Source: Octopus bimaculoides (taxonomy: Eukaryota). Taken from it: 64,000 bases of DNA. The notes under the pieces were generated by a model, which had not been told where the DNA came from, did not search any database, and was given only the letters and a program-made list of their open reading frames with translations. A program made the translations under genes and the position numbers. The DNA is taken from contig NC_068991.1 in the NCBI RefSeq assembly GCF_001194135.2, positions 24,564,209 through 24,628,208 on the forward strand, in the 5' to 3' direction. Positions 1 to 11,540 of the stretch are shown here, piece by piece; position 1 is the first letter of the stretch; every line of letters begins with the position of its first letter.

Positions 1-724
1 TATAAAATTTAGATTAAAAATTGAATGTGGCACCAGAATAAAGTATGGTATTATCCAAATAATTTCAAAAACAAGGTGATCAAAAATCAAAAAAAGCAAC
101 ACGGGTTTTAAGGGTTATTGCAGTACGCACATTTCATGCTACTCCATTTATTTAAGTAATGCTAGCATTACATTAAAATGCAGAGCAATCTTCAGCTGCA
201 CAAGGATATAGAAAATTTACTGAAAATTTTATTTCAGCAGAATAGACATATTACTGTTGTGACAACATTTAAAATCTAAGTGGGGAAAGAAGAATACATA
301 AAAAAGCCATCTTGACATAGCCAAGGCTAGTAATTAATTCTAGGTAGAATTCTAACTGTCCCTGATTTTATTTGTTTCTTATCTAGTGATTTAAAGCTTA
401 AGGGGACAATCAACCTTTCACTTATAAAGAAAGGGAAGGTGTAAGCATTATACATGGATATGGTTGTAAAGATTCCTCTGGTCATAGTGGCAACACAATT
501 TTAGGTTGGGGTTAAGCATCTAGGTCAACAGGACTTTTTTCTTTAGTCTAAGCTAATATAGATATCTATAAGTTTTCATACTTACAAGTAGACACAGGTA
601 TCAAGGGTTCAAATGACAATTTCTGCCTGTGCTACAGATCTTTTTAATTCATCTTCACTAATTTTATCAAGCAACAACAACAACAAAATATAACAATAAG
701 TTTGATGAGCAGAAAAAAACTTAC

Positions 725-837
725 TTGTCTTCCAGAATCATAGTGACTCGATTAGCACATTTGTAGTTGTCAAAAAGATGTCGGTAGTGGATGGCCACAC
801 CTAAATCGCAGTCCCTACCCAAAGATAAGGTCGCCGT
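725..837 (-). CDS. Celsr: Celsr/flamingo coding exon (113 bp, phase 0 to 2): laminin-G domain 1, continued (not in the ORF track)
   Basis: Manual translation gives TATLSLGRDCDLGVAIHYRHLFDNYKCANRVTMILED(K). This resembles the fly-type segment xxTLxLDxCD...WxCANRTTLxLDKRC. Acceptor is ctttcag and donor is GTAAGT. It is in frame with the 3676-3880 exon. Confidence 0.9.
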
Positions 838-1261
838 CTGAAAGAAATAGTAAAATTAAAACACACATTGTTTATCTTGTCTTGATATTTTGTGTTTTAC
901 AATTATTATTTCATGATAAAAGAAACGGTAAAAAAAAGTCTTCCAAATGGATATAAAGTAACCTTTTCAGCCATGGATTTTTAATATATTATTCTGAAGT
1001 GAGAGTAGCCTTGTGGATTCATGATTGCAAAATTATGGATTCAATTCCAGGGTGGTGCATTGTGCTTGAACAAAATACTACATTGCTCTGCAATCACTTC
1101 AACATCTGATGTATGCCACACCATGCACTTGTACTGGCAATGTTGATTTAATTTGATCACAACAAACAAATCATCTGTGCAGGTTGTTCAACAAGAAATT
1201 GCAGAATTGTCTGTCTCAGACTTGAGAGACTACCATTTAAATTAAATTAATTCTGCATGTA

Positions 1262-2230
1262 CCTATTTTAAAGTCATCTATAAATTCTGCATGCTGCATG
1301 AATCCTGAAGGAGCCCTTCAGCAATGATAGCAGTGAGAAATATTTGTTTTATCTATGGAAATGAGACTTTAAGTGACTGGACATACCAATGATGGTTTGA
1401 CCAGTTTCAACCAAGAAAATTTTCTCCTCGATCTGGAAGACCAAGTTCTGTCAATGTTGAATTTATGAAAACTGTAGTCTAAGAAAACCTCAATCGGACT
1501 GCATGAAAATTAACAGAACAGCTCAATTCAAGTCACACTTCAATCATAAAACATGTTCATGAACTAGGAAAAAATGTCTAAACTTGGTCAGTGGGTACAT
1601 CATCATTTGACTGCTTCACAGCATGATCAAAGAGTTGCCCTCTGCTTGTTATTGAAGAGTAGACTTGCTATCAAAACTTTTTTGGGTAGAATCATCACAA
1701 GTGATGAAAAGTGGGTTCTATGTATAATCATTTCCAACAAAAATGACAATGTTTAGCAATCAATGGAAAGGGGAATCCATCACCAAATCAGGACTACACC
1801 CCAAAAAGTTTCTTCTGCGTTTGTTGGGATGTGAAGGATGTTGTCTAACCATGAAGTGTTAAGCTAAAATGAAACACTTAATGGAGAGAAGTACCACCAT
1901 CAATTGGAAGTATTGCACAAAAATTTCAGAAAAAGGAGTCATCATTGGTCAATCATAAGGGTGTGTTGCTCTTACATGATAATGTAAGATCATATATTGA
2001 CCAAATCACTCAGGAACAGATTATGGCACTAAATATGGATATCTTTCCTCATTCACCTTACTCTCCTGATCTTGCTCCATCTATCAACTTTTCAGATCAT
2101 TGCAACATATTTAGAGGAAAAAAACAATCTATTAATTATGAGAATATTTAAAATTATATTGAGTGCTTCTTTGGTTTGACAACAATTTTATATCATAAGG
2201 ATCAATAATTTGCCAAAAAGATGAGATTAT
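1262..2230 (+). mobile_element. Decayed mariner (Tc1/mariner DD34D) transposase
   Basis: Fragments read GQWVHHHL (WVPHEL motif), RIITSDEKWVL (TGDEKW), LLLHDNVRSY (HDNARPH) and PHSPYSPDLAPS. An RSGRP-like segment lies near 1430. Stops and frameshifts occur throughout. Confidence 0.9.
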
Positions 2231-2261
2231 ATTATCAATGACAAGGGGAGATTTAGCTTTA

Positions 2262-3416
2262 TTCATTATCATCGTTTAATGTCTGCTTTCCATGGTGGCA
2301 TGGGTTGGACGGTTTGACTGAGGACTGGCAAGCCAGGAGGTGGGACCAGGTTCTAATCTGATCTGGCAAGGTTTCTACAGCTGGCTGTCCTTCTTAACAC
2401 CAACCACTTCGAGAGAATAGTGGGTGCTTTTTATGTGCCACTGGTATGGAGGCCAGTCAGGCAGCACTAGCATCAAACACACTCAAATGGTGCTTTTTAC
2501 ATACCACCAGCATAGGAACCAGTCAGCTGGCACTGGCATAGACCACACTTGAATGGTGCTTTTCACGTGCCACTGGCATGGGTGCCCATCAGCCACAACT
2601 ACGATTTCGCTTGACTAAATAGGTCTTCTCAAGCACAGTATATTGCCCAATGACTGAAGGGTACTTTGAAACGGGCCAATTATGCAACACTGGCATCGTC
2701 CACAGCTACAATCTCACTTGACTTGCTGGGTCCTCTCAATCACAGCATATCTCCGAAGGCCTCAGTCTTTTGTCATTGCTTCTGTGAGGCCCAACATTCG
2801 AAGGTCATGCTTCACCACCTCATCCCATGTCTCCCTGGGTTGACCTCTTCCACAGATTCCTTCCACTGTTCGAGTGTGACACATCTTCACACAGCTCTCC
2901 TCATCCATATGCAACACATGACCATACTAGCACAGTCATCTCTCTTATACACCACATCTGATGCTTCTTATGTCCAACTTTTCTCTCAGGGTGCTTACAC
3001 TTTGTCGTATATGCAAACTGACATTACACTTCCAGCGAAGCATTTCTTTCAAGCCTACTCATGTCCTCAGCAGTCACAGCCCACGTTTCACTGCCGTGTA
3101 GCATGGCTATTCGCATACATGCATCATACAGTCAATCTTTCACTCTGAGCAAGAGGCCCTTTGTTACCAGCAGAGGTAGGAGCTCCCTGAACTTTGCTCA
3201 GGCTATTCTTATTCTAGCAGCTATGCTCTCAGAGCATCCCCCACCACTATTGATTTGGTTACCGAGGTAACAGAAGTTATCAACTACTTTTAGCTTTTCC
3301 CCCTGGCATGTGATGGAATCTGTTTTCTGTACATCTTCAGTGTTATTGCCCCTGTGCTTCTGCCAAAGAAACATTTGTTTCTTTCCCATCTTGAAATGCA
3401 ACAGGACTTTCTTTCC
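2262..3416 (-). mobile_element. RTE-clade LINE, 3' portion (RT C-terminus plus 3'UTR with GAT-repeat tail), ending at the assembly gap
   Basis: Minus-strand translation includes VVDNFCYLG...GGGCSESIAARIRIAWAKFRELLPLL...AMLHGSETWAVT, typical of the RTE RT C-terminus. The 3' end matches the catcatcgtttaa...catgggttggacg motif shared by many copies in the window. Confidence 0.88.
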
Positions 3417-3531
3417 NNNNNNNNNNNNNNNNNNNNNNNNNNNNNNNNNNNNNNNNNNNNNNNNNNNNNNNNNNNNNNNNNNNNNNNNNNNNNNNNNNNN
3501 NNNNNNNNNNNNNNNNNNNNNNNNNNNNNNN
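3417..3531. other. Assembly gap (N run); further gaps at 34730-35090, 39725-40073 and 55739-56096
   Basis: Runs of n in the sequence. ORFs that span them are artefacts. Confidence 1.
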
Positions 3532-3675
3532 ATATATATATATATATAAATAAAACACACACAATCATATATATTCAGAGCCAAATTGTGCTTGTGTAAA
3601 TGCATGTAGTACACACACACACACACACACACTGAAAGAGAAGCATGAGTGACAAACACTAGCAATAATACTGAC

Positions 3676-3880
3676 CCTATTGTGGTACTCCACAGTCACT
3701 TCATGCCATTTGCCATCACTTACACCACCATCAATTTCTGCCTTCACGGATGTTTTGTTAGCACCAAGAGAGAAGGAAAACTGCACTTGGCTATTTACTA
3801 TCTCCAGAGCAATGAAATCATGCTCGTCATTGAATCGGCTGTTGTAGAAGAGTAAACCATTCTTTTCCAAAGTGGTGAAA
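3676..3880 (-). CDS. Celsr: Celsr/flamingo coding exon (205 bp, phase 2 to 0): laminin-G domain 1 core
   Basis: Translates (N)FTTLEKNGLLFYNSRFNDEHDFIALEIVNSQVQFSFSLGANKTSVKAEIDGGVSDGKWHEVTVEYHNR, matching Celsr FATxxxNGLLLYNGRFNEKHDFIALE...VSDGxWHxVxVxYxN. Acceptor is tttcag and donor is GTCAGT. Confidence 0.97.
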
Positions 3881-4164
3881 CTGAAATGAAACAAAAATGG
3901 TTTACATATAAAAATAAATATACATGTTTGTTTTTTGTAGTGCAAAAATATAAAACTACTCAATACAACTTTGTAGTAAGAAGTGTTTAGAGTCTGTTAT
4001 ATATATATATATAAATTCAATAATAGGATGAATTCTTTTACAAGAATTTATTTAGTAGCTAGCGTGAAAAAAACCTCATAAGGGAAAAAAACCTCATAAG
4101 GGAAAAAAACCCAACATTTATTCCCAAAATATATATTTATTTATATAAGGGCATTACTATACAA

Positions 4165-4272
4165 TAATGCCTCACGCTATGAGGGACTCTAAGGTCAGAC
4201 TACCATAAAAAATGGTAAAAATGTGTTTTTTATGGTAGTCTGACCTTAGAGTCACTCATAGCGAGAGGCATT

Positions 4273-4273
<1 letters not shown>
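4165..4273. repeat. Near-perfect palindrome: 48-bp arms, 2 mismatches, 13-nt loop
   Basis: taatgcctcacgctatgagggactctaaggtcagactaccataaaaaa (4165-4212) is the reverse complement of 4226-4273. Confidence 0.95.
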
Positions 4274-4304
<31 letters not shown>

Positions 4305-6573
4305 TATATATATATACACACACACACATTGCGGTGTACATAAACAAATGATTCTCTAAACAAACAAATTGAATAACAAATGGTTTTTTCCCAAAAGAAA
4401 ATTAAAGTCACATTACAAGCTGTAATTCAATCAATGAATTGCAAGCAGACTATGAGCATGTAGAAGTGATAAGGAACTCATTTGCTTAATGAGGTGAAAT
4501 TTGAGCAACAAAACCACAAAAAGACTCCGCAGGTGTATAAGTGCTGGGACAACATATACACACAGCATGAGTAAACTATGCATGCATATAAGTGATTGGG
4601 ATTTTGTGTACCAATGGTTTATTAGCAACCATGTATGCATTTCATTCGTGTAACTTTCAAATTTTCAAAAAAGAAGAGATAGTTATGATCGAAAGGCCTT
4701 CGGCCATAGGTCTGCTCAATAAGGGTTGACAAGGGGCTAAACAACAACAGCCCATATATCCCTAAAAGCAAATGAATAAATAGATAAATAAAATCACTGG
4801 TGTTTTGTTTTCTTATGAAATATATTGCTGTTGTTTAGTCTCAGGTCATATGATCAAAAGAATTCCAACCATAGCCATCATGTCTTTATCCTATGTGCAA
4901 GGAACCCAAAATCACATTATCCAATATGTCATTTTTAAAAAATATGGTCAGGTACAATTTGAGGGAGAACTGGCTGCTGCTTCCAGCAGATGGAGTGATC
5001 CGGTAGAGGTCCCTTTCTCATTGATTTAATAAATATATGGTGGAAGTTTATAACATGAATTTAAGGTGACTACTCACTTTATCATCCCTACACATATTCT
5101 TAATTTACGACAGCCAAATTTCAGAGTTATCTCCCCCCCTCTCTCTCCCACTCTCTATCTCAAACACACACACACACACATACTTCCACAGTCATCCACT
5201 GGTCAATAAAAATGTATGCCTGTATCAATAGATGATGTTTTTAATACTTGGAGATGTTTGTGAAGAGGAAGTTGCTTCCGTTGGTGAGTGAACAGTTCAT
5301 AGCAACACTGACTGGCAAGAAACGTCTCATATTATCGATTGGTCTCTAGATTGATTTTGAGACACAGACCACACACACACATACACATGCACATACACAC
5401 ACAAACAAAACAAATATGGGAGTGTTGTCATTGGAAACAATGGACAGTAATAATTAGGCTTTACTACAGGGAGCAGAAAGAAAAAAGAATTGTTTGAAAA
5501 ATATTAGCTTCAAGTATTGATGCAAATGATTAAGGAATGTACAGTAGAATGTCTCCCGGTACTGTTGTTGTTGTTATTGTTGTTTGTAATGTTTTTGTAA
5601 GCATGTTTTCTGTTATTGTTACACACTGATGCTTGTTTTATAAAGGTTTTACTGTTGTTTTATTATTGGTGTAGTAGTAAAATATTAGAGAGAATATTAG
5701 TTTGTAAAGGCAAATAGCTTTTCAGTGTATCAATACCATTGGGTAGTGATAGAGGCATTGGTGAAAAGAGGAAATGTTGATGTTATTGTTGTGAATGTTT
5801 ACAATTGTATTTGTCATAACTGATTATAGTTCTTGATGCAAATGATGACAAGTAAATGATGGTAGTTCAGAGCTGATCATGTAGATAAAATATATCCCAA
5901 CCATAAGCTCCTTTATTTATAACAAACTCTCTCTCTCTCTCTTGCTTTTTTTTTTTTTTTTTTTTTTGTAAATGCTTGAATCTAGAAAATCCTGAGATAT
6001 GATCAACAAAGTTAATCCCTAAGGGATTGTGAACTTGCAAATTTATTTATAAATCATCATCTGCAACCACCAAATTCTTGGAATACAGATGGCTCTTCCA
6101 AGGTGTCTGGGGATTTTTAACTGTCAGTTAGGACCTTCTATCTTTACTGATATCACAGACAATGCAAGTGGTTTCCCATGGCCTGTGCGCACACGTGTGT
6201 GCGTGTGTGCAAGCAAGAGAAAGAAGAATGGCAGAGATGACCTCAGCAAGATTTCAACTTAGCATGCAGAGAGCTGGAATAACTATAATGGCTACTGTAT
6301 TAAAAGGTTGTAAAGGTTTACTGAACTGTTAGCTCTGCAAGCAAAAATGGACTTCTGCCTCTATACAAATGTCATCTAGTGTATATAAAATCTGTGGTGT
6401 ATGGCAGTGAAATATGGGGATATAAGCAAAGAAGAACTAAAATGGCTAAAAAAAATGAACTGAATAAGATTCTTTAGATATACAATATTGATTTAAGAGA
6501 AAGATTGATCATATGTGAGTAGAGAAAGCTACTAGGATTCAGCTATGTATTGGAGAAAGCACTGGTATGGAGA

Positions 6574-6574
6574 G

Positions 6575-6619
<45 letters not shown>

Positions 6620-6830
6620 GTTTAATGTCCACTTTCCATGCTAGCATGGGTTGGACGATTTGACTGAGGACTGGTGAAACCAGATGGCTACACCAGGCTC
6701 CAATCTGATTTGGCAGAGTTTCTACAGCTGGATGCCCTTCCTAACACCAACCACTCAGAGAGTGTAGTAGGTGCTTTTACGTGTCACCCGCACGAAGGCC
6801 AGTCAGGCGGTACTGGCAACGGCCACGTGA
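6574..6830 (-). mobile_element. 5'-truncated RTE 3' end with long (CAT)n tail, inserted into an older plus-strand RTE remnant (about 6300-6570)
   Basis: The (cat)n-cgtttaatgtccactttccatgctagcatgggttggacg... sequence is shared with the copies at 2262, 26571, 34421, 43770 and 62220. The upstream flank translates to an SVVYGSEIWG-like RTE motif. Confidence 0.8.
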
Positions 6831-6968
6831 AATGATGGTACAAGCTAGGCATGTAAAATGTAAGCTGATAGTATAATAAGGAGATTAAAAAACATTTGGA
6901 ATGAAGTCAGAATTGATAGAAAATGAACAAACATATTGTAAACCCGTGCCAGCATAGAAAATGGATAT

Positions 6969-7191
6969 TTAACTCTTTAGCATTCAGATTACTCTGTCAA
7001 ATGTAATGCTTATGTAATAAAATTGTTTTGAATTAATCATGCATTATCTCATAGCTTTGAGATTTTGAAGATGTGACTGTTTTTAGGATGACATTGTAGA
7101 TAGTTGTGAAATGCTCAGTTAGGTCAGTTTGAACAATAAAACAGGTAGAATGTTTTGGTCAGATATGGCTGGTTTAAATGCTAAAGGGTAA
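6969..7191. mobile_element. TTAA-flanked MITE (piggyBac-like ends); an inverted copy lies at 21615-21842
   Basis: The ends ttaactctttagcatt and aatgctaaagggtaaa form terminal inverted repeats. The internal cagattactctgtcaaatgtaatgct is found reverse-complemented at about 21800-21830. Confidence 0.7.
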
Positions 7192-9669
7192 ACAAAAAAC
7201 AAATGATGACAATAATAATATTTTCTATTAAAATTTTGGGTGATGGGGGCTAATCTATTACATTGCGCCCCCCCCCCAGTGCTTAACTGTTACTTACTGA
7301 ATTTCTTGACCCCAAAAGGATGAAAGACAAAGTCGACTTCGGCAAAATCTGAACTCAGAACGTGCAGACAGACAAAATACCACTAAGCATTTTACCCAGT
7401 GTGCTAATTATTCTGCCAGCTTGCCACCTTAAATAATGACAATAATAATAATGGCATTTGGATAGGTGGGTTTATCTTTACTAAGTACAACAAAGCTGGA
7501 TCAAGATATGTTAAAAAAAAGAAAAGACAATGAAAATGTACTATATTTACTTGACTCTATGATTGTGAAGTTAAGGCAACTGTAACATTTTGTACCTAAA
7601 AACCATTGGTATGTTTTATTCTCTTGTCTTTTTTCTACAATCAAGTATAATGCTAACTACCCCCCCCTCCACTTCAGTCTTTGAATCTGATTTCTTTAAT
7701 ATTAAATTTCTCATGTTATATGAGTAAATACAATAATATACAATAATTGCTATTGTTGCTGACATTGAGGCCCTGGATAGACCTGACTGAGTGGACCTAT
7801 AATCAAAAGCACTATAACTATGACCATGCTATCCTTTTTCCCATTGGCTCAGTCCTCTGGCTTGGCAGCCCTTATCAAACCATCACACCCATGCCAGCAT
7901 GGAAAACACATATTAAATTATGATGATATTAAATTTCTTATGTCATATGAGTAAATACAATAATATAGTTTAATATAATATAATTTAATATAATATAATA
8001 TAATATAATAATATAATTTATCTAAGACTAAATTATCTATGTATTATTTTTTTTTCAAAGACAATAGGGCATGATTTTTAAGGAGATTTAATTGTTATTT
8101 CTAGCAGTTTGAGCAACCTTGTAGAAATTACATTATTGACTCAATAACTTCCCTATCCAGGAGCCTACTGGCTTGATAGAACCCCCACCCTCATTGATTC
8201 ATTAGTCATGCTTTCATTGGTGACATCATAGCTCAATAACAAGAGTGTTCATAAAGATCATCATAGTTTCCCTTTTTATGTTTTCATAATATCAGCTCTT
8301 TTAAAATATTAATTTCACACAATATTAAGTTTCAGAAACAATATATTTTAAAAGATTTCAGTCTTTCAAAAGAATTTAAAGGATGTGTGATTAAGGAGCT
8401 GTACTGTTTACTGCCAAGTCTTAGGTTCACAACTTGCTATAACTTTTGGTTGTGTACTTAGAGCTAAAACACTTTGCTCCACAATAGATGGTGGATTTAA
8501 TTATGGTGTTAGATTATTAACTGATAAATCTTGAGTTCGAATCTACTGTATATCTTTCATTGTGTATTCAGATACTATGCTTAATTCTATATACACTCTG
8601 TTTATCTGTTTTTGAAAGACACATATAGCCCTGCATGTCACAGGAGGTAATACAAAGAGTTAGCAACAAGAAGAGCATCTGGTCATAAAATACTGCCTTG
8701 AAAAAGGAGTATGATTAGAAGTGTCCTCAAGGCCAACCAGACTTTAGTAGGTGAAAGGGCCTAAAAATATTTGTTGATTTTTGTATTTAATTGGACATAT
8801 CTGTGCCCACCGAGTTGTACCAGATCATTCGTCACCCACTGTAGAACATTGGGGGATTTATTTGTCATTTATTTAATTAACCACAGCTAACCACTGGCCC
8901 TTTTAAGACCTCTCAGGATTTAACAAACATGCAATGTTTTCTTTTTCTTTTATTGTTTTTCTTTACCTTAATCTTCTCAGATCAGTCTCTTAAGCTAAAC
9001 AGTCATTAGAGTATCAGTCAAAATGCTTTGTGTTCTAAGCCAAATCCCATCATGGTCAACTTTACCTTTCATCTTTCTTGGTATAATAAATAGAAGTATC
9101 ACTCTAGGGTGACAGACTAGCAGAATCATTAAAGCATTATTGAGAAGCTTTTGTTTTTTGTATTCTGAGTTCAAATTCTACTGGAATCAGTTTGGTTGGT
9201 AGACTTAATTCCTTGCCCAGTTTAATATCATGACCTCGTCTTTGGATAACTTTAGCAGGGCCACTCAAATTGTAAGTATTTAGATCAAGTCTCTAGTTTA
9301 AGTATATCCACTCTCTCCCTCCCATCCAGTCTCAAAGACTTTGAAAAGATATCAGGAGTACTATCATTTTTTTCTACCTGAAAAAAGAAAGAAACCAAGA
9401 GTAAAAATAATAAAATAAATAAATAAATGAAACAGAATCTAGGGAGAAACATTTGCTCTTTGTTTCTTCTCATACAACTGGATAGGCCCAAAATATCACA
9501 TTGCTCTATTCCACATTGCAAACAAATTTATCTTAATTAATGAGATTCCAGTGCCTTCAGTTTAAAAACCAAATATGCTTCATCTTGTGGACATCATTTG
9601 TAACTTCTTAATAGTAAATTTCATCAAATTAAACTGATGGCTCATTTTATCTTCAAGGCACTGCCTTGA

Positions 9670-9908
9670 AGGGTTTAGTCAAACAAATCAACTTCAGTAC
9701 TTTTGTTTTCAAGCCTGATACTTATTCTATTGGCCTTGTTTTGCTGAACTGTTAGGTTATAGGGATGTAAATAAACTATGAGCAGTTGTCGAGTGGTGGT
9801 GAAGGACAAAGGGACAAAGACACACAAAGATAGATAGATACATACATACATGCATGTTTGAGTGTGTGTATGTGTGTGCGTGTGTGTGTGTGTGCATATA
9901 TATGTATG

Positions 9909-9954
<46 letters not shown>

Positions 9955-10100
9955 CATACACATATATAATGAGCTTTTTCCAGTTTCCATCTACCAAATC
10001 CACTCACAGGGCTTTGGTTGAAGATACTTACCCAAAGTGCCATGCACTGAAATTGAACCCTGAACCATGTGGCTGGGAAGTGATCTTTTTACCATGCTTG
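9670..10100 (-). mobile_element. Abundant tRNA-derived SINE with internal TA/TG microsatellite (degenerate copy)
   Basis: Shares head (...gaaccatgtggttgg/ctgggaag), middle (tttccatctaccaaatccactcacaaggctttgg) and tail with the copies at 32700-33130 and 33851-34247. Confidence 0.8.
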
Positions 10101-10822
10101 TACCTATTTTAAAGCCATCTATAAAATTCAACTTCACCTATTTATTTATTTATTAGTTATAAATTTACTGCTGGATGCCTTCCATAAATAACTTGACCAT
10201 TCATTATTAATATACAATATGGATACATATCACAGGGTATTTAAATCCATGATTATCTTTAGTGGAGAGCTGATCCTTTAAATATACTGCTACAACTTAA
10301 ATAAAATTAAATAAAACATTGATATTGATATATTACTGTCCACAAATAATATATTGAAAAATCGAATCATCTTAACATTGTTGAACAAACACTGGTTAAT
10401 TAAAACCCTTTTAACTTCACTTATAAAAACCTCATTTGTAATGAAAATAATGCAACATTATATATTGTTGCTGTTCTTCAATGTATACGTGTATGTGTAT
10501 GTGTGTGTGTAAATGAGAGAGGGAGAAAGAGAGAAAGAAATGTATTTATGTGATTATTTTGAGTGTGTGTATTTATATATATATATATGCATACATACAC
10601 ACATGCATGTATATGTATATACCTACATACAAACATGTATACATACACAAATATGTATGTATGTATATAAATATATATAAATATATATATATATATCATC
10701 ATAAATATAAGGGATTAGCAATTGAGTTGCTTCTCCAACATACTGAAAATTCAGAAACAGCAGTCAAAGAACTACTGATTCTAAACTACAAATTTTTCTC
10801 TAAAACGGATGGCGATATTTCT

Positions 10823-10888
<66 letters not shown>

Positions 10889-10889
<1 letters not shown>

Positions 10890-11080
10890 GGGGAGAATTC
10901 ACACAAAAAAAACAACAGACGAAGACAGGTGGTGTAGAAAACAAACAGATGTATTAGTATAACGCTTGGGAATTGAAAAAGTCTTTAACGTTTCGAGCCT
11001 ACGCTCTTCCACAGAAAGGAACACAGAAAGAAACAAGGAGAGAAAAAAAAATGCTTGTAGTGGTTAGCAATCTATCATGG
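10889..11080 (-). mobile_element. Penelope-like terminal-repeat fragment carrying a minimal hammerhead-ribozyme motif (10983-11018)
   Basis: The minus strand reads CTTT-CTGTGGA-A-GAGC gtag GCTC-GAAAC-GTT-AAAG. It is embedded between TA/CA microsatellites. The Penelope assignment is inferred from the known link between minimal type I hammerheads and PLE terminal repeats. Confidence 0.55.
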
Positions 11081-11118
11081 CATACATACAAACATATATA
11101 CACACATACATGTATATA

Positions 11119-11540
11119 AGAGGGGGCACCCAAAAGAAATCAGAATTTTGCAATATTCATTTAGTTTTACGTGTTTACACTTTTATTGCCTTCAAAGTAT
11201 TCTCCATTTGAAGCAATGCATCGTTCCAGACACATATTCCACTGTTCAAAGTAGTTCTGGAACTCTTGCAAAGTGATGCCTTTTAATGCCTCTGTCATTT
11301 TTTTTCTTCACCTCTTCCATATCTGCAAATTCCGTAGTACCAGCATTTGTCACCAGTGATGACCTTTTAAAACTTCCAACTGTTCTTTCAGTTCACAACA
11401 TGCATTCAGTCATGACTGCTTTTGATCTTCTCTGAGCAAGTGAGGCACAAATTTTGCTGCAACTCTTTTCATTTGCAATTTCTCACTCAAACTTCATTGG
11501 GAGGAGCTCCAGGATACATCAGTTATATCAACAAGTTCAT
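11119..11540 (-). mobile_element. Internally deleted mariner element: 3' TIR, transposase C-terminus and a piece from before the first catalytic Asp
   Basis: Minus-strand translation gives FADMEEVKKKMTEALKGITLQEFQNYFEQWNMCLERCIASNGEYFEGNK, the typical mariner C-terminus ending in G.YFEG. It is joined near 11331 to MKRVAAKF...EQLEVLK plus a VITGD-like segment. TA followed by agagggggcacccaaaag is TIR-like. Confidence 0.8.

Noticed and set aside
4172-4205. Hammerhead reading of the 4165-4273 palindrome (ctatga-g-tgac-tctaag-gtca-gac)
   Set aside because: Both conserved boxes (CUGANGA and GAAA) would need indels, which is too degenerate to support.
4940-5020. Apparent plus-strand splice site and short ORF (GQVQFEGELAAASSRW)
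   Set aside because: The segment atttgagggaga..tagctgct.tttctagcag recurs at about 8070, 22310, 52355 and 58645, so it is a dispersed repeat.
9675-10957. Many 60-300-aa ORFs rich in IYIY, VCVC, HTHT, LLLL or IIII, here and across the window
   Set aside because: They are translations of dinucleotide and trinucleotide microsatellites or N gaps, with no splice or homology support.
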